A stretch of 62,317 bases of DNA, the filler included, from Circinaria calcarea (lineage: Eukaryota): the NCBI GenBank assembly GCA_051942165.1. It is 9 parts of 9 records of this genome, joined end to end, with 100 filler letters (N's around TTAATTAATTAA, not from the genome) between each part and the next. Parts side by side here need not be neighbours in the genome. Positions count along the whole stretch, not along the records: positions 20,839 to 27,672 come from JAVECS010001477.1; positions 27,773 to 34,605 come from JAVECS010001478.1; positions 34,706 to 41,537 come from JAVECS010001479.1; 6 more parts are not named here. The stretch is one strand, 5' to 3'. The notes under the pieces are model-generated. The model had not been told where the DNA came from. It did no database searches and was given only the letters and a program-made list of their open reading frames with translations. Positions within the stretch are counted from its first letter, which is position 1. Every line of letters begins with the position of its first letter. A program made the position numbers and the translations under genes. Positions 24,110 through 35,066 of the stretch are shown here, in pieces.

Positions 24110-25721
24110 TTATGCCTCTTGTGACCGCTGCAGGACTTCTGTACCCGGGGCCCTCTGCTCTTTTTTTGCATCCGGATTTCCAAACTCTTCGCCGCTCGGG
24201 CAAGTCACCTGTCTCAGGTCGTATCGTAGATGGATGCCATCCCCATCATCTGCATATCCGCTACCACCACCATAGTAGATATAAGTGTTCGAGGGCTGCA
24301 CGAAGCCGAGCTCGTGGTCGGAAAGACTCTCCTTGAAGTTATCGGCCCCCATCAAGGTGTCTGGTTTGCCTTCGTTGTTGTAACTACTCTCGTTGCTACC
24401 CTTGGAACGAGATCGGGAAGAGGGACCGAAGTTGGTGATTCGCGAACGGAGCTCTTCGAAGGCTGGAAGAGCGTGGCGGAGCATACGTGAGAATGCAGGC
24501 ATGCAGCTAATAGACACCCCCAGTGACATTTCAACAATCCTAACTGGCCGTGAGCCTTGAACCCCCACCATTGTGGCTCGGGGAACTTACGATGTAAGGA
24601 GGACTGGCATCTGGATGTACGTCAAGTCGTTAAAGGGATCCCTGTAGATCGCCACGCGGTATACAAGGCTGAGGACAGAAGCAATAACGGCTCTGGGACT
24701 TTCTTTTAGAGAGATACCCGAGGGAAAAAGACAAGCTTTCCGCTTGTCAATGGAGGTTCTTACATGATTCCGGTGAAGAATATCAGCCCTGCTCCCACTT
24801 TCTTGCGTGTTGGCAGTTGTAAACGGGAGATTCCGATGAGAGGAAGGATTAAAATGTACAGATCAATGGCAATGCCGACCGTCGGTATCGGTATTGCCAG
24901 GTTCACCTCAATTCTTATTATGGGGTTGTTGAACACGTGCTGGTACCAGCTTTCTCCTGGTTGGCGTGTAGCTGACACAAATCCAAGGATCTCAACAACA
25001 GTGTAGAATACAACAGTAATCATGAGTCCAACGTTGATAGCTAGCCTTAAGCCGCGAACCGGTCGGAAAAGTTGATAGAAGAGAAGAAAGAAGGTGACTT
25101 TCACAAATAACAACGTTATCGGCGCCAATATAATAATTAGATATGTAACCTGAATCTCCTCCCAAGCCATTAGTATGTGCACGGACAACTTCCAGTCCAG
25201 ATGTAGTAAATGCGTCACGTACAATGAAGAAGGTTTCTGTAATGTATTGCCCCAGCGTAAGGTCCCACTGATGGGTTCCAAAATGGCATTCTTTTACCGC
25301 TTCGATATAATCTTAGCGTGGCTTCAGGAAAGGGTGGAGGTTCCCATACCAATTACAGAAATGGCAAAGTATGCCGTGGTAAGGAGCTATAGGTAGCTTC
25401 AGTCAGAATCACCGACTACCCACCAATTCTGTTGGTACGGCATACGGCACCAATAATGCAGGTCACTATCTGCGGTCAGCGCAATTTTGCCACTGGAAAA
25501 ACCCATTCCAAGGACTTACAATCATCCCATGTAAACCTTCGGATGATGAATGCCTTGGTGTACAATCGAATCGCGACGAATGCTATCATCAAAGCCTGCA
25601 AAATGGAACCGACAATGATCAAGATCGGACCTGTGCTGTCGGGATTGACAAAGTTAGGCGTGACGCCTGGAGGCGGTAATTGCGCTGGAGCGTTGAGCTG
25701 AGCGGCGGGTATAGAATCCAT
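24110..25721 (-). CDS. Pth11-like (fungal rhodopsin-domain) 7TM protein
   Basis: PPPGVTPNFVNP, FVAIRLYTK..FTWDD, FVKVTFFLLFYQLF, IDLYILILPL..ISRLQLPTRKKVG, IVEMSLGVSISCMPA. Confidence 0.87.
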
Positions 25722-26595
25722 CAGAGCAGCACAAAGCGCTTGCTTTGAAGATTGACTGTTGAGGAGATTTCAAGACATGCAAGAGGATGGCCGAGATGCT
25801 TATTTTTCGAACGGCACGCAAGGCGGAGGGAGACTTGGAAAGCATAGCAGGTAGAATAAAGCTTCCTAATGCCTTGTATGGGTGTGTGACATGCTCCGCC
25901 AGCAGTTGCACGGGTGACAATTACTTACGCCTCATCTATGCATTGCATGTCTCCTGCATCGCTCCGATGGAGATTGGAGTTGGTGGTGTGGTACTACGCC
26001 GTCCTTGTACTCGGACAATATTGTAAGCTGACATGGAACGTCGCGAAAATCCAGACTAATTTAAGCCCATGTTGATGTTGTAGCGCCAGTCTTCTATGAT
26101 ACTACATACTACACCACCTCCAAGTCTAGGGATCAGACTAGCATCCCTATGGAAAACAACAGACCACTGGCAAGTCTTCCCTCACACCACCGGAATCGGA
26201 GAATGCCACGTAGATAAGGTATGAGCGGCACAGACTATTTACCATCACGCAAAGACAGATCCAAAGGTGTGTTTGGTTTCCCTTTGGCGTCAGCCTTGTT
26301 TCCCCGATACTCCATTCCACTCTCTTTCAATCGCATCTTTCCGAACGCATTGCATTCCCTCATAATCCATTGACACTTTTGCCTTTGCCCTGCATCTCTG
26401 CCTACCGGTCCCTGTCCCTCATTCTACAATTCCCCTTACCGCCCAAGCTCCCGTCATGTCTAACTCTCTGGAGCCTCACCCTGCTCAATTCCCTGCAGAT
26501 CGATATCCAGCAAAACGTCGTGAGCAGCTATATCTGCTGCGTCAACGTCTCATTGCTCCCACACGAACGTGAAAACCACCTCGAACTGGACTGCC

Positions 26596-27672
26596 ATGGT
26601 CTCTCCATCTCCATCTCCATCTCCCTCTCCCCTCTTGGGTACCGTCCTCGTGACCGGAGGCTGTGGCTTCCTGGGGTACCATATCATCAAAGCCCTCCTC
26701 CAGGATCCCAACTGCGGCTCCATTGTCTCCGTCAGTCGGAATCCCACCGTCAACCTCCAGGATGGCGTCACCTATCGCGCCGGCAACATCACCGACTTCG
26801 ACTTCGTTCGCTCCCTCTTTCAAGAAGTCCAGCCGCGAGTCATCTTCCACGTCGCCTCGCCTCGCCCCATCGATTACACCTTGAACACCGCCGAGTTCCG
26901 CGATACCAACATCGAAGGCACCGTCATCCTCCTCAAATGTGCAGCCGCGTTCCCCTCCGTCACGGCCTTTGTCTACTCCTCCTCCGTCAACGTCTTGGCC
27001 GGCTCTCCCCATATCCGGGTGGACGAAAACGGCCCGATGTGGCAGCCCAACTCCAAGGCGATTCCATATTGGAGATCCAAAGCCGCCGCCGAGCGTCTCG
27101 TGCTCGGCGCCAACAGTCTTAAACTCCGTACCGTGTCTCTCCGGCTCTGCCTCATCGTCGGCGAGCGTGAACACGCGCTGATCCCCGCCCAGCTCGACGC
27201 CTACGACGCCAAGAAGACGAGCATCCAGCTGGGCGACAACAGCAACCTCGTCGACACCGTCTCAGCCGAGAATGCGGCCACCGCCCATCTCCTTGCCGCC
27301 ACAGCCCTCGTCGACCCTTCCCGTGCCTCGGGAAAAGTCGACGGGGAAGCCTTCCAGATCACCGACGGGAATCCCCTACCCTTCTGGGACCTTGCCCGCA
27401 TGATCTGGCGCGCCGCCGGCGACACCACCCAACTCCAGGACGTCACCGTCATCCCGACCTGGGCGGCCATGGCCTTGGCCAGCGCCGTCGAATGGCTCTT
27501 CGCCATCTTCACCCTGGGCACGAGGAAGCCCGAGATGCTCAACACGCACGTCGTCGACTTTTGCACGCGCGAATACACGTACGACATCGGCAAGGCCCGG
27601 AAGGTGCTAGGCTACGATCCGGTGTTTCGCATGGAGGCTGTGGTCAAGCAGGCCGTCGAGTGGGAGCTACAG
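26596..27672 (+). CDS. ERG26-like 3-beta-hydroxysteroid dehydrogenase / extended SDR (3' end at contig edge)
   Basis: VLVTGGCGFLG Rossmann motif, IFHVASP, TNIEGT, FVYSSS, YWRSK (YxxxK), NAATAHLLAA, VDGEAFQITDG. Confidence 0.85.
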
Positions 27673-27795
27673 NNNNNNNNNNNNNNNNNNNNNNNNNNNN
27701 NNNNNNNNNNNNNNNNTTAATTAATTAANNNNNNNNNNNNNNNNNNNNNNNNNNNNNNNNNNNNNNNNNNNNAGAGAAGAGTAAAATAACGCCGA

Positions 27796-28960
27796 TTAGA
27801 AAAGGCCCAAGCAAATGTAGGCTAAGTCATTTCTCATCACCGCCCTGCTGACTTCCTTTCCGGATAGGGCCAGAACTGTCTTCACCCAAAGGAATCTGTC
27901 TGGAGATGTGATGATCTGCTCAAAATTATTTCTTAGAAATAGGTAGATTTCAACTCTCAGGAGGTGGACAAGGTATCGATGTCTCGCTGGATAGCTTATT
28001 TGCCTGTCCTGGAGGAAGTCTATGGCCTTATCGATTGGTAGCAAATACCAAGAGCTGACCCCTCAGAGGTACGAGGTCTATGCACCTAATCAGCATTGTA
28101 CATTGACTTTCTGGTAATTATACCGTAACATACCGTGGTGTGCAAATTTACCATAGCCTCATATTGTTTAGAGCCACCAGATAGATGATGTTGCATACTG
28201 GACCATCCATCGGGCATGTGACAAGGAGTAACCTGCGTCTCGAGGCACGAGAATAGGAAGTTGGCCGTGAAGACAGAGCGAGGCAGCAGCTGTGAGCAAT
28301 GAAGAGATGGCACGCATTGCAACGCCGTCTTCATACCCGCGCCCTGAATAGCCTCGTGTGGGTAAGGGTAGCACTACTTTTCAACTAAGGACAATTATGT
28401 TCCAAGGCTGGCTCGGCATATGCATGGGCTCTGACCACAAGATCATCAGGATCGAATGATTCTAAGCCTGCCATATAAGAACAAAAGATGAGCAGTCAAG
28501 TAATTTGAATTCGGATATAAAGGAAGGGAGGAAGATAGTTCTTGCTGAATCTTCGCATTAGAATCTATACTATTTGGATATGGCCGAATCCAGCCTTACC
28601 TCAGGCATTGTATGAGATGATCTCTTGTCGCAGGATCTCGGATCCGACGCTCGTACTCTCTTCCTTGGCTACTAAACAGATCAGCGCGATAGCGGCAGAA
28701 GATGTTCAGGGGCATACATACGCACTACACTGATGAAACTCTGAATGGGCTAGGTCAACCTCAAATGCTGGCGCGTGCTTCGGAAATCGAGATGGGATTG
28801 TTCGGCTTGACCGATGTCCTGTTAGCAATAGTAACAAGCGCGCAGGACTTAGCGCTTGAAGTAGGCACGTTCGATGTCTTATGCTTGATTTCTGTAGAAG
28901 AGGGATCATAGTTATGCGAAGCGAGAAAAATTCCTGATGTTTTTGGGTGGACGCTGATAC
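27796..28960 (-). pseudogene. Possible degenerate multi-exon gene relic, family not recognised
   Basis: Several canonical intron-like segments on the minus strand (GTATGT..CTGAT..TAG, GTAAGG..CTAAT..CAG, ..CTAACAG), but I could not assemble a stop-free frame. Confidence 0.3.
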
Positions 28961-29449
28961 CATATGCTTGGGATATTCTTGTGACCGCGGAAAAGATTAT
29001 GGGTGTGGCTCATGCGGACATGTGATTGACGGAGCAATCCACCCTGCTAAGTTTCAATCAAAAATCAACACACCATCCGAACTTTACGCAAGTCTGAATA
29101 ATGGGAAGCTTGTTATTTCCACAATAGGAATCAGAAATTTTCAGGCAATCGGAGTTCCTGCCCTACCGGTCAACAGACCTTAGTAGGCTAAATATCCGAT
29201 TCAGAGAGAATTCCGCGGAGAAACTTCTGGAGAATAGTGCTTTCTCTGCAGACACTTTCATTCTTAAGAATTTCTTCTTAGATCACGTTACTTCCTGAGA
29301 GCTTTCTCTGAAGCTCGGTAATATCTTGGGATCCTTTTCTTAAAAGTCGTAAAATCCTACGCGCTGTATGTCCCCAAGACCTTTTTCTTAGGTCCCGTGG
29401 TTTCTCAAGAGCGTGCTTCTACTCGTATGTTTCTCATGATATTTCTACC

Positions 29450-29620
29450 TGTGAAATAATGGAGGTGGAATAGGCTGTATTGGCTATGGTAACTACCACT
29501 CTATGTGTATGGACTTCACTATGGAACTACATAGCAGAATACCTCTGCTATGTGTGGGCTCGGTAGTTAGTTCAACCGCTCCGAATACTAGCTCCTAGTG
29601 TAGAACCCCTATTCTTGACA
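29450..29620 (+). mobile_element. Solo LTR (171 bp)
   Basis: TGTGAA...TTGACA termini, 5-bp flanks CTACC / GTACC (4/5 match, TSD-like), and a second copy at about 16730-16905 on another contig. Confidence 0.75.
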
Positions 29621-29712
29621 GTACCTGTATATCTCTGTCTGCCGGGTTGTCCTATATCGTGGCAATCGCTTGCTCAAACCGCCGCTAAACCCTTATGGTA
29701 GTCTTTGGGTTA

Positions 29713-29888
29713 CACGCGCTTGACAAAAAATATTGCAACCCGGATAGTAATTACTCGCTAAATTAACCCCTCTGGATTTGTGGGACCCCTCCCATGTTGG
29801 TGATTCTATACCCGAATCCTAGGCTGGAAGGGTCAGTAACTACGGCTGGGGGTAGCTCAAGGTTGCAATGTCTTTTGTCAAGCGCGTG
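29713..29888. mobile_element. MITE-like element with 28-bp terminal inverted repeats
   Basis: CACGCGCTTGACAAAAAATATTGCAACC (29713-29740) and GGTTGCAATGTCTTTTGTCAAGCGCGTG (29861-29888) are 26/28 complementary. TA flanks the left side only. Confidence 0.7.
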
Positions 29889-30105
29889 GGAGCCTTCTGG
29901 CTCCAGAGTCTCTTATGATTTTACAAAGCTCTCACGATCGGAACTTAAGCCAAAATCTACGCGGCACAGTTGAGCTGAGGGACATGCCAAAAATCTGCGT
30001 AGGCTACACTTAGCTTAAGCCAGATCAGCGCAAGCCACAACTCGCTTGAGTTAGATTCCAACCCTTATACGAGGGCCAAAATCGCCTCGACTTGTTGGCG
30101 GAAAC

Positions 30106-30960
30106 ATGTCAGATGAGATCAATCAGCAGCGATAATGCCAGACTTGTTCAGTCTGCTTTCTGATGAACGATGCGTTACGTGACCATCTTGATAGATACCG
30201 AGTTAGTACTTCACAGCCGTTTACTCCTGTCCTAATCCGTTTGTCCGGTCTCAGGAACGCCTCCTGTCTGCGAATCTTGAGCGATGTCGTGCACACTCAA
30301 AGCCAACTCACTGGCGAACGTGATATGCCTTACGATGACCATGCGGTCGGTGACGTCCGCAGCCCTGCATTTCTAAAGGGGAATGATAAACCCACCGACC
30401 AGCTTTGCCGGAGAGTGCGACCGAAGCATACCATTCGCCAAACAACAAAGGCTTGTACGGCACTTCGCAAAACGTAAATTACCATCGGTCGCTGGATACA
30501 CAAATTGCTAATAATGCCTTGAGCGCAGATGCGAGATGCAAAGAAGTATGTGTGTATTGTTTTGAGGTTTTCACGCTGGCAAGCCAATACCTTGCACACG
30601 CCGACACCCACAGAAACATGAATAAGACGAGGAATTCCTATACACGCCAGATATGCGATCAGCTAAGGAAAACTGTCGCCGGAAGGCTAAACAATTATCA
30701 ATTAAAAAGCGTTGAGACTAAGAAAAGAACAAGGGAACTAGCAGGGACACCAGGCGTTCGAAGGGTCAAGACGAAGCTGGATGGTGTTGATGACGCGACC
30801 ACAAACTCATCGCCATCACATTTCCCGGTTGCATTGGTGTTAACTCTCTCCCATCTGATGGAGCTTCTATACAGCCAGTGACAGCGTCGACGCCGCTCTT
30901 TGGCGTTGCTGTACCTGTGGCTTCCGATGGGAGTTTTGTGGGGATTCCACCGTAGTCGCT
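30106..30960 (+). pseudogene. Degenerate multi-C2H2 zinc-finger gene (3' end approximate)
   Basis: MSDEINQQR*CQTCSVCFLMNDALRDHLDRY (in-frame TAA), ECDRSIPFAKQQRLVRHFAK(H) and VCVYCFEVFTLASQYLAHADTH are three finger-like units in discontinuous frames. Confidence 0.55.
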
Positions 30961-31196
30961 GCACCAAAATTCCATAGAAGCATCAGCCAGAGTTCCGATC
31001 CAATATTCTGGCTCCTACGTATCCCTTAAACCATGTGGCAGAGCAATTTTGTGGAGAAATGGGTGACATTCATACAAGTATTATGAACCCATCTTCCGAT
31101 CTGGGAGTCGGTGAGTACAGTATAATACCCCAAGGGATACGAGAAGGCTACGTGTTCGGACATCCGCAGAATGTAGCAGAATAATATCATGGGCAG

Positions 31197-31970
31197 TCAT
31201 GACTTCCTAGTTGGTTCTTGTGCCTCAAATGCGAAGTTCACCCCGATCTTTGTGTTTGTGCTCTCCATTTCAGCGACCTTTTCTGCCAACTCCGGCGATC
31301 TTGGAATGATCATCTTAGCCCAAGTCTTAAGTCCGTCCTCTGTCGTAAATGCAAATGTGATTGTAAACCCGTCCATTATTTCGAAAGCGAGTCTGGCATC
31401 GAGAATGGCTCCGAAGATTTGTTAGAGGATGTGACTGAAATATAGATCGTAGCTTACAGGCCTGCTTGTTCAAACTTAGCTGTCTCCTTACAGCCGACAC
31501 GTTTGAAGGCAGCGAAAGGGACTTCCCACAAGCCATTTGCTGCGCTGACAGCTGGCAACGAGTGTAGGTGCGAACCGCCGTAAGACACAGCTCGCGATCC
31601 AACGCTCCACAACTGAACAATTAGAACGCGCAAACCAGCATTCGCACCACCCTTCCTGAAAGAGAAGATGTGGCCTGGATCGTTGTTGTATTTTAGACAA
31701 AGTCCAAGACCGGACCATTCGTACAAGGACTCAAAGTATGGATCGGATACGCTGCAACCATTAGTAACCGTAAACACATATTCCCCTTTACTAACCGTAT
31801 CGTCAAGGACTTTGAGCTTGCACAATTCCACAGGCCATATTCAGATGCGAAGGGAAAGACCTTCTGCTGCATCTCCAAGACCTGTTCTCCTAACCCCGAG
31901 TCATCCATACAGAAAGCCCATCATCTAGAATCGACTTCCTTGCATCAAGCGCGAACGTGGCTGACGCCAT
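31197..31970 (-). pseudogene. Frameshifted conserved-hypothetical gene divergent from the SPOK-like gene
   Basis: Reconstructable as MASATFALDARKSILDDG / MDDSGLGEQVLEMQQKVFPFASEYGL / ELCKLKVLDDT-intron-RIRSIL / ESLYEWSGLG...GSHLHSLPAVSAANGLWEVP..-intron-ILDARLAFEIMDGFTITFAF...WAKMIIP...IGVNFAFE..*. This needs three frameshifts (near 31914, 31831 and 31733). Confidence 0.55.
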
Positions 31971-32448
31971 GTACAGGATGTTGAATTTGTCGTTGATGAA
32001 TTAAAGCGATGACGGAAAATAAGGGCGAAATGGCTGCCTCTCAACAAGATCGACTATGTCCGCAGAGGCTAATGGCGAAGGTGAGTCTTCAGAGTCAGAG
32101 GCACTCTCGCGCCTTTGACAGAATATGCTAAGCGCGGGTGAGAGAAGGAGGTAAGGTAACAATGCACGGTGAGGGAAGAAATTGAATTTGATGAAGTAAA
32201 TTGCGGAGTGGATTGCTGGTGCATCAGCTGCCCCGCAGCATAGGTGGAATGAAGTCTATTAGCATATTATTCAAAGGGAGGACTTTGCAAAGTGGTGGGG
32301 CTTAAAGTGCCATGTGATTCGCCCCAGCAATCCGATACTTCAATGAATTCAGAATGCGCTAAGCGTAGTACGACAGATGTCCGCCCCAATTGATGATGGG
32401 TCTTCCAACCATCATCACATTTTCGCTCAACAACACTACTCCTTCATA

Positions 32449-34605
32449 ATGTCCTCTAGGCTGGAGTTGGATTTTGCGCGTCTTCAGCAGCTGCTAGAAC
32501 AGGAGCGGCGAAGTCGAAAAGAAGCCGACGAGAGGGCTGAACATGAGCGAAGGCGTGCAGAGGAAGCCGAGTCTCGAGCTCAGATCGAGGAACAGAAGAC
32601 AAGACCGACAACATTCGAACAATACATACGTGCCTGCCATACCCACCTCTCGAAACCGATTCGAATCCAGACGGACAAGAGTCTCAGTACACAGGGCTCC
32701 GTCACCAACCCCAAGAACAAGCCCTACCCGACCCTGTTAAAACCTTGGACAGACTTTCCGGTACTGCAGCAGCAGCGTTTCGAAAGAATTTACGAATACA
32801 TACCGCGAGACGTAGGACTTTTCAGCACCACCCAATACCTCATGGAGCTCGGGCAAGACCTTTGCGACAGGCCACTGGCGAGCGAGAAGGATTTGGAGAC
32901 ATATCAGCGCTTAGCAGTTGAGCGACCGACAACGCACATCATCTCCCACCTTCAGCAAATAGAAGAGGCTCGCCATGAACTCAACTTGAGCGGCGGCATT
33001 ATATTCGAGAATCACGCCAACACCCTTAGTGATAGCAACGAAGACGTCCAACAAAGTCTACAAGATCTCCGTATCTCAAGCAAAAGACAACCCTCAAGCT
33101 CGAACCTAAAACCGCGAAACGCCGATCAGATTTGTGTATATAAGGAGGCAGATGGCACACGGAGCTTGTGTATGATTGTGGAATACAAACCGGCTCACAA
33201 GCTGTCGGTCTTCAATCTGCGGGCCGGACTTTTGCGAGCTGATGAAGGGTCTATAAATATTCTAGAAGAAGTTATTCATCGGATCACGATACCAACTGAT
33301 CCAGGGGACAAGTTTGTGTACCACTCTGAATGGCTGACGGCAGCAGCTCTCACGCAAACGTATGCTTATATGATTGAAAACGGCCTCGAGTACAGCAAAT
33401 TGGCTACAGGAGAAGCTGATGTTTTCCTTCAAGTCACGGAAAATGAACCACATACACTTTATTATCACCTCGCAGAACCCAACATCGAAGCCGAAGCACA
33501 GAGCGATGTCGACATCTTACTGTGTCGCACTGCAGTAAGCCAGACCCTGACCTTCTGCTTAATGGCACTGGACTCGAAGCCTCGCAGCCAAAAATGGCGA
33601 AATCACGCGCTAGAGACTGCCGATAGGGCTGTGATCGATCAGGATGCAATCCTACGACAGATACCTGCTCAAGAGAAGACCTTGACTCCTCCGCCTTCGG
33701 TATTTCATGCGCGAATCCATCCTTTCAAGCGGTCGCCGATCAGGTTGAGGCCCAGAAAGTCACAAAAGGCAAGGAATAGCTGTCGCTTTACAGATAGAAT
33801 TGTGCACGAAGATCCACAGAGTCCGTCTGCCTCATCAGATGAGACCTCAGATACTGAAACGCCAAGCAAGCTAAGGGCTCGTACGCGCCAGTCTGATACC
33901 GGACAGATACATGCGGTCAAATCATCACAAGCGCCTGAAGAGAGCGATGTCCTCCACCGACAATACTGCACACAAGCCTGCTTGTTGGGGCTTGTACGAA
34001 AACATCCCTTGGACGATACTTGTCCAAATATCAACACACATCGTGCTCATGGAACCGGCAACCACCATGCTTTGGAGCCGAAATCCCTTGCCAAACTTAT
34101 GTCACGTCAACTCGCCGAGAACCCCGACAATCGATGTGAGCCACTTGGAAAGCAAGGCACCCGTGGTGCTCTGTTTAGATTGACTTTAGAATGGTATGGG
34201 TATACTTTCGTTGCTAAAGGCACTGTGACGGCATTCGAGGCCAAGTTAAAGCATGAAGGGTTAGTCTACCAACACCTAGACAAAGTCCAAGGGGAGCTTA
34301 TACCAGTCTACCTTGGGAATATCTCTCTTGTCCGTCCATACTTCCTTGACGTTGGGGTCAAGATAGTTCATATGTTATTACTGTCATGGGCAGGCGAGCA
34401 AGCACGTCAGGATTTGATGTTGGCCATGGGTCGGGATTTAGATGCGGAAACGAGCGGGGCAGTTACAAAGCTGTTGAATTGCGGAGTGGAGCATCGTGAT
34501 GTACGGCCACCGAATGTGCTATGGAATCCCGAGATCAGAAATGTGGTGTTGGTGGACTTTGAGCGTTCAGAGATCTCGAAGCAGGTGCAAGTTCTCCAAG
34601 AGATA
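32449..34605 (+). CDS. SPOK-family (spore-killer-like) nuclease-kinase protein, intronless, extreme 3' end cut by contig edge
   Basis: N-terminal coiled coil (EQERRSRKEADERAEHERRRAEEAE), then TTFEQYIRACH, a PD-(D/E)xK-type core (ADQICVY...IVEYKPAHKL), a C-x3-C-x13-C-x5-H-x7-H cluster (CTQACLLGLVRKHPLDDTCPNINTHRAHGTGNH) and a kinase domain (GKQGTRG, FVAKG, HRDVRPPNVLW, VDFERS). Confidence 0.85.
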
Positions 34606-34705
34606 NNNNNNNNNNNNNNNNNNNNNNNNNNNNNNNNNNNNNNNNNNNNTTAATTAATTAANNNNNNNNNNNNNNNNNNNNNNNNNNNNNNNNNNNNNNN
34701 NNNNN

Positions 34706-34738
<33 letters not shown>
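34706..34738 (+). repeat. (AG)n microsatellite at contig start
   Basis: About 16 perfect AG units. Confidence 0.95.
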
Positions 34739-34742
<4 letters not shown>

Positions 34743-35066
34743 GGCGCGGGTGATTGGCAAGGGTGATTGGCGAGAAACGTGTCAAGCAAGGTGTCAAGCA
34801 AGGTGGGAAGACGAGACGAAAGGAAGACGACTCAGGAGGCATGGAATTGTTCTCCCACTCGGGTAACAAGAACCATGAATCGTAAGGGGTGGGGAGGGGG
34901 GTTTAGTTGGTATATACTTGGACTCCTCTCCTCAACCCCGCTGAATCTCGGGATATTAATGATATCTTCATTCGTTGCACCCTGTCCCAAAAGCCCCTGC
35001 CTGTAGACACAATGCATTCACGGACCAAAACTCACTCTGTGAACCATGAGCCCCCTCCCCGCCCCC

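Noticed and set aside
28730..28800. CTGATGA...GAAA resembling a hammerhead ribozyme core
   Set aside because: I could not find the required flanking stems.
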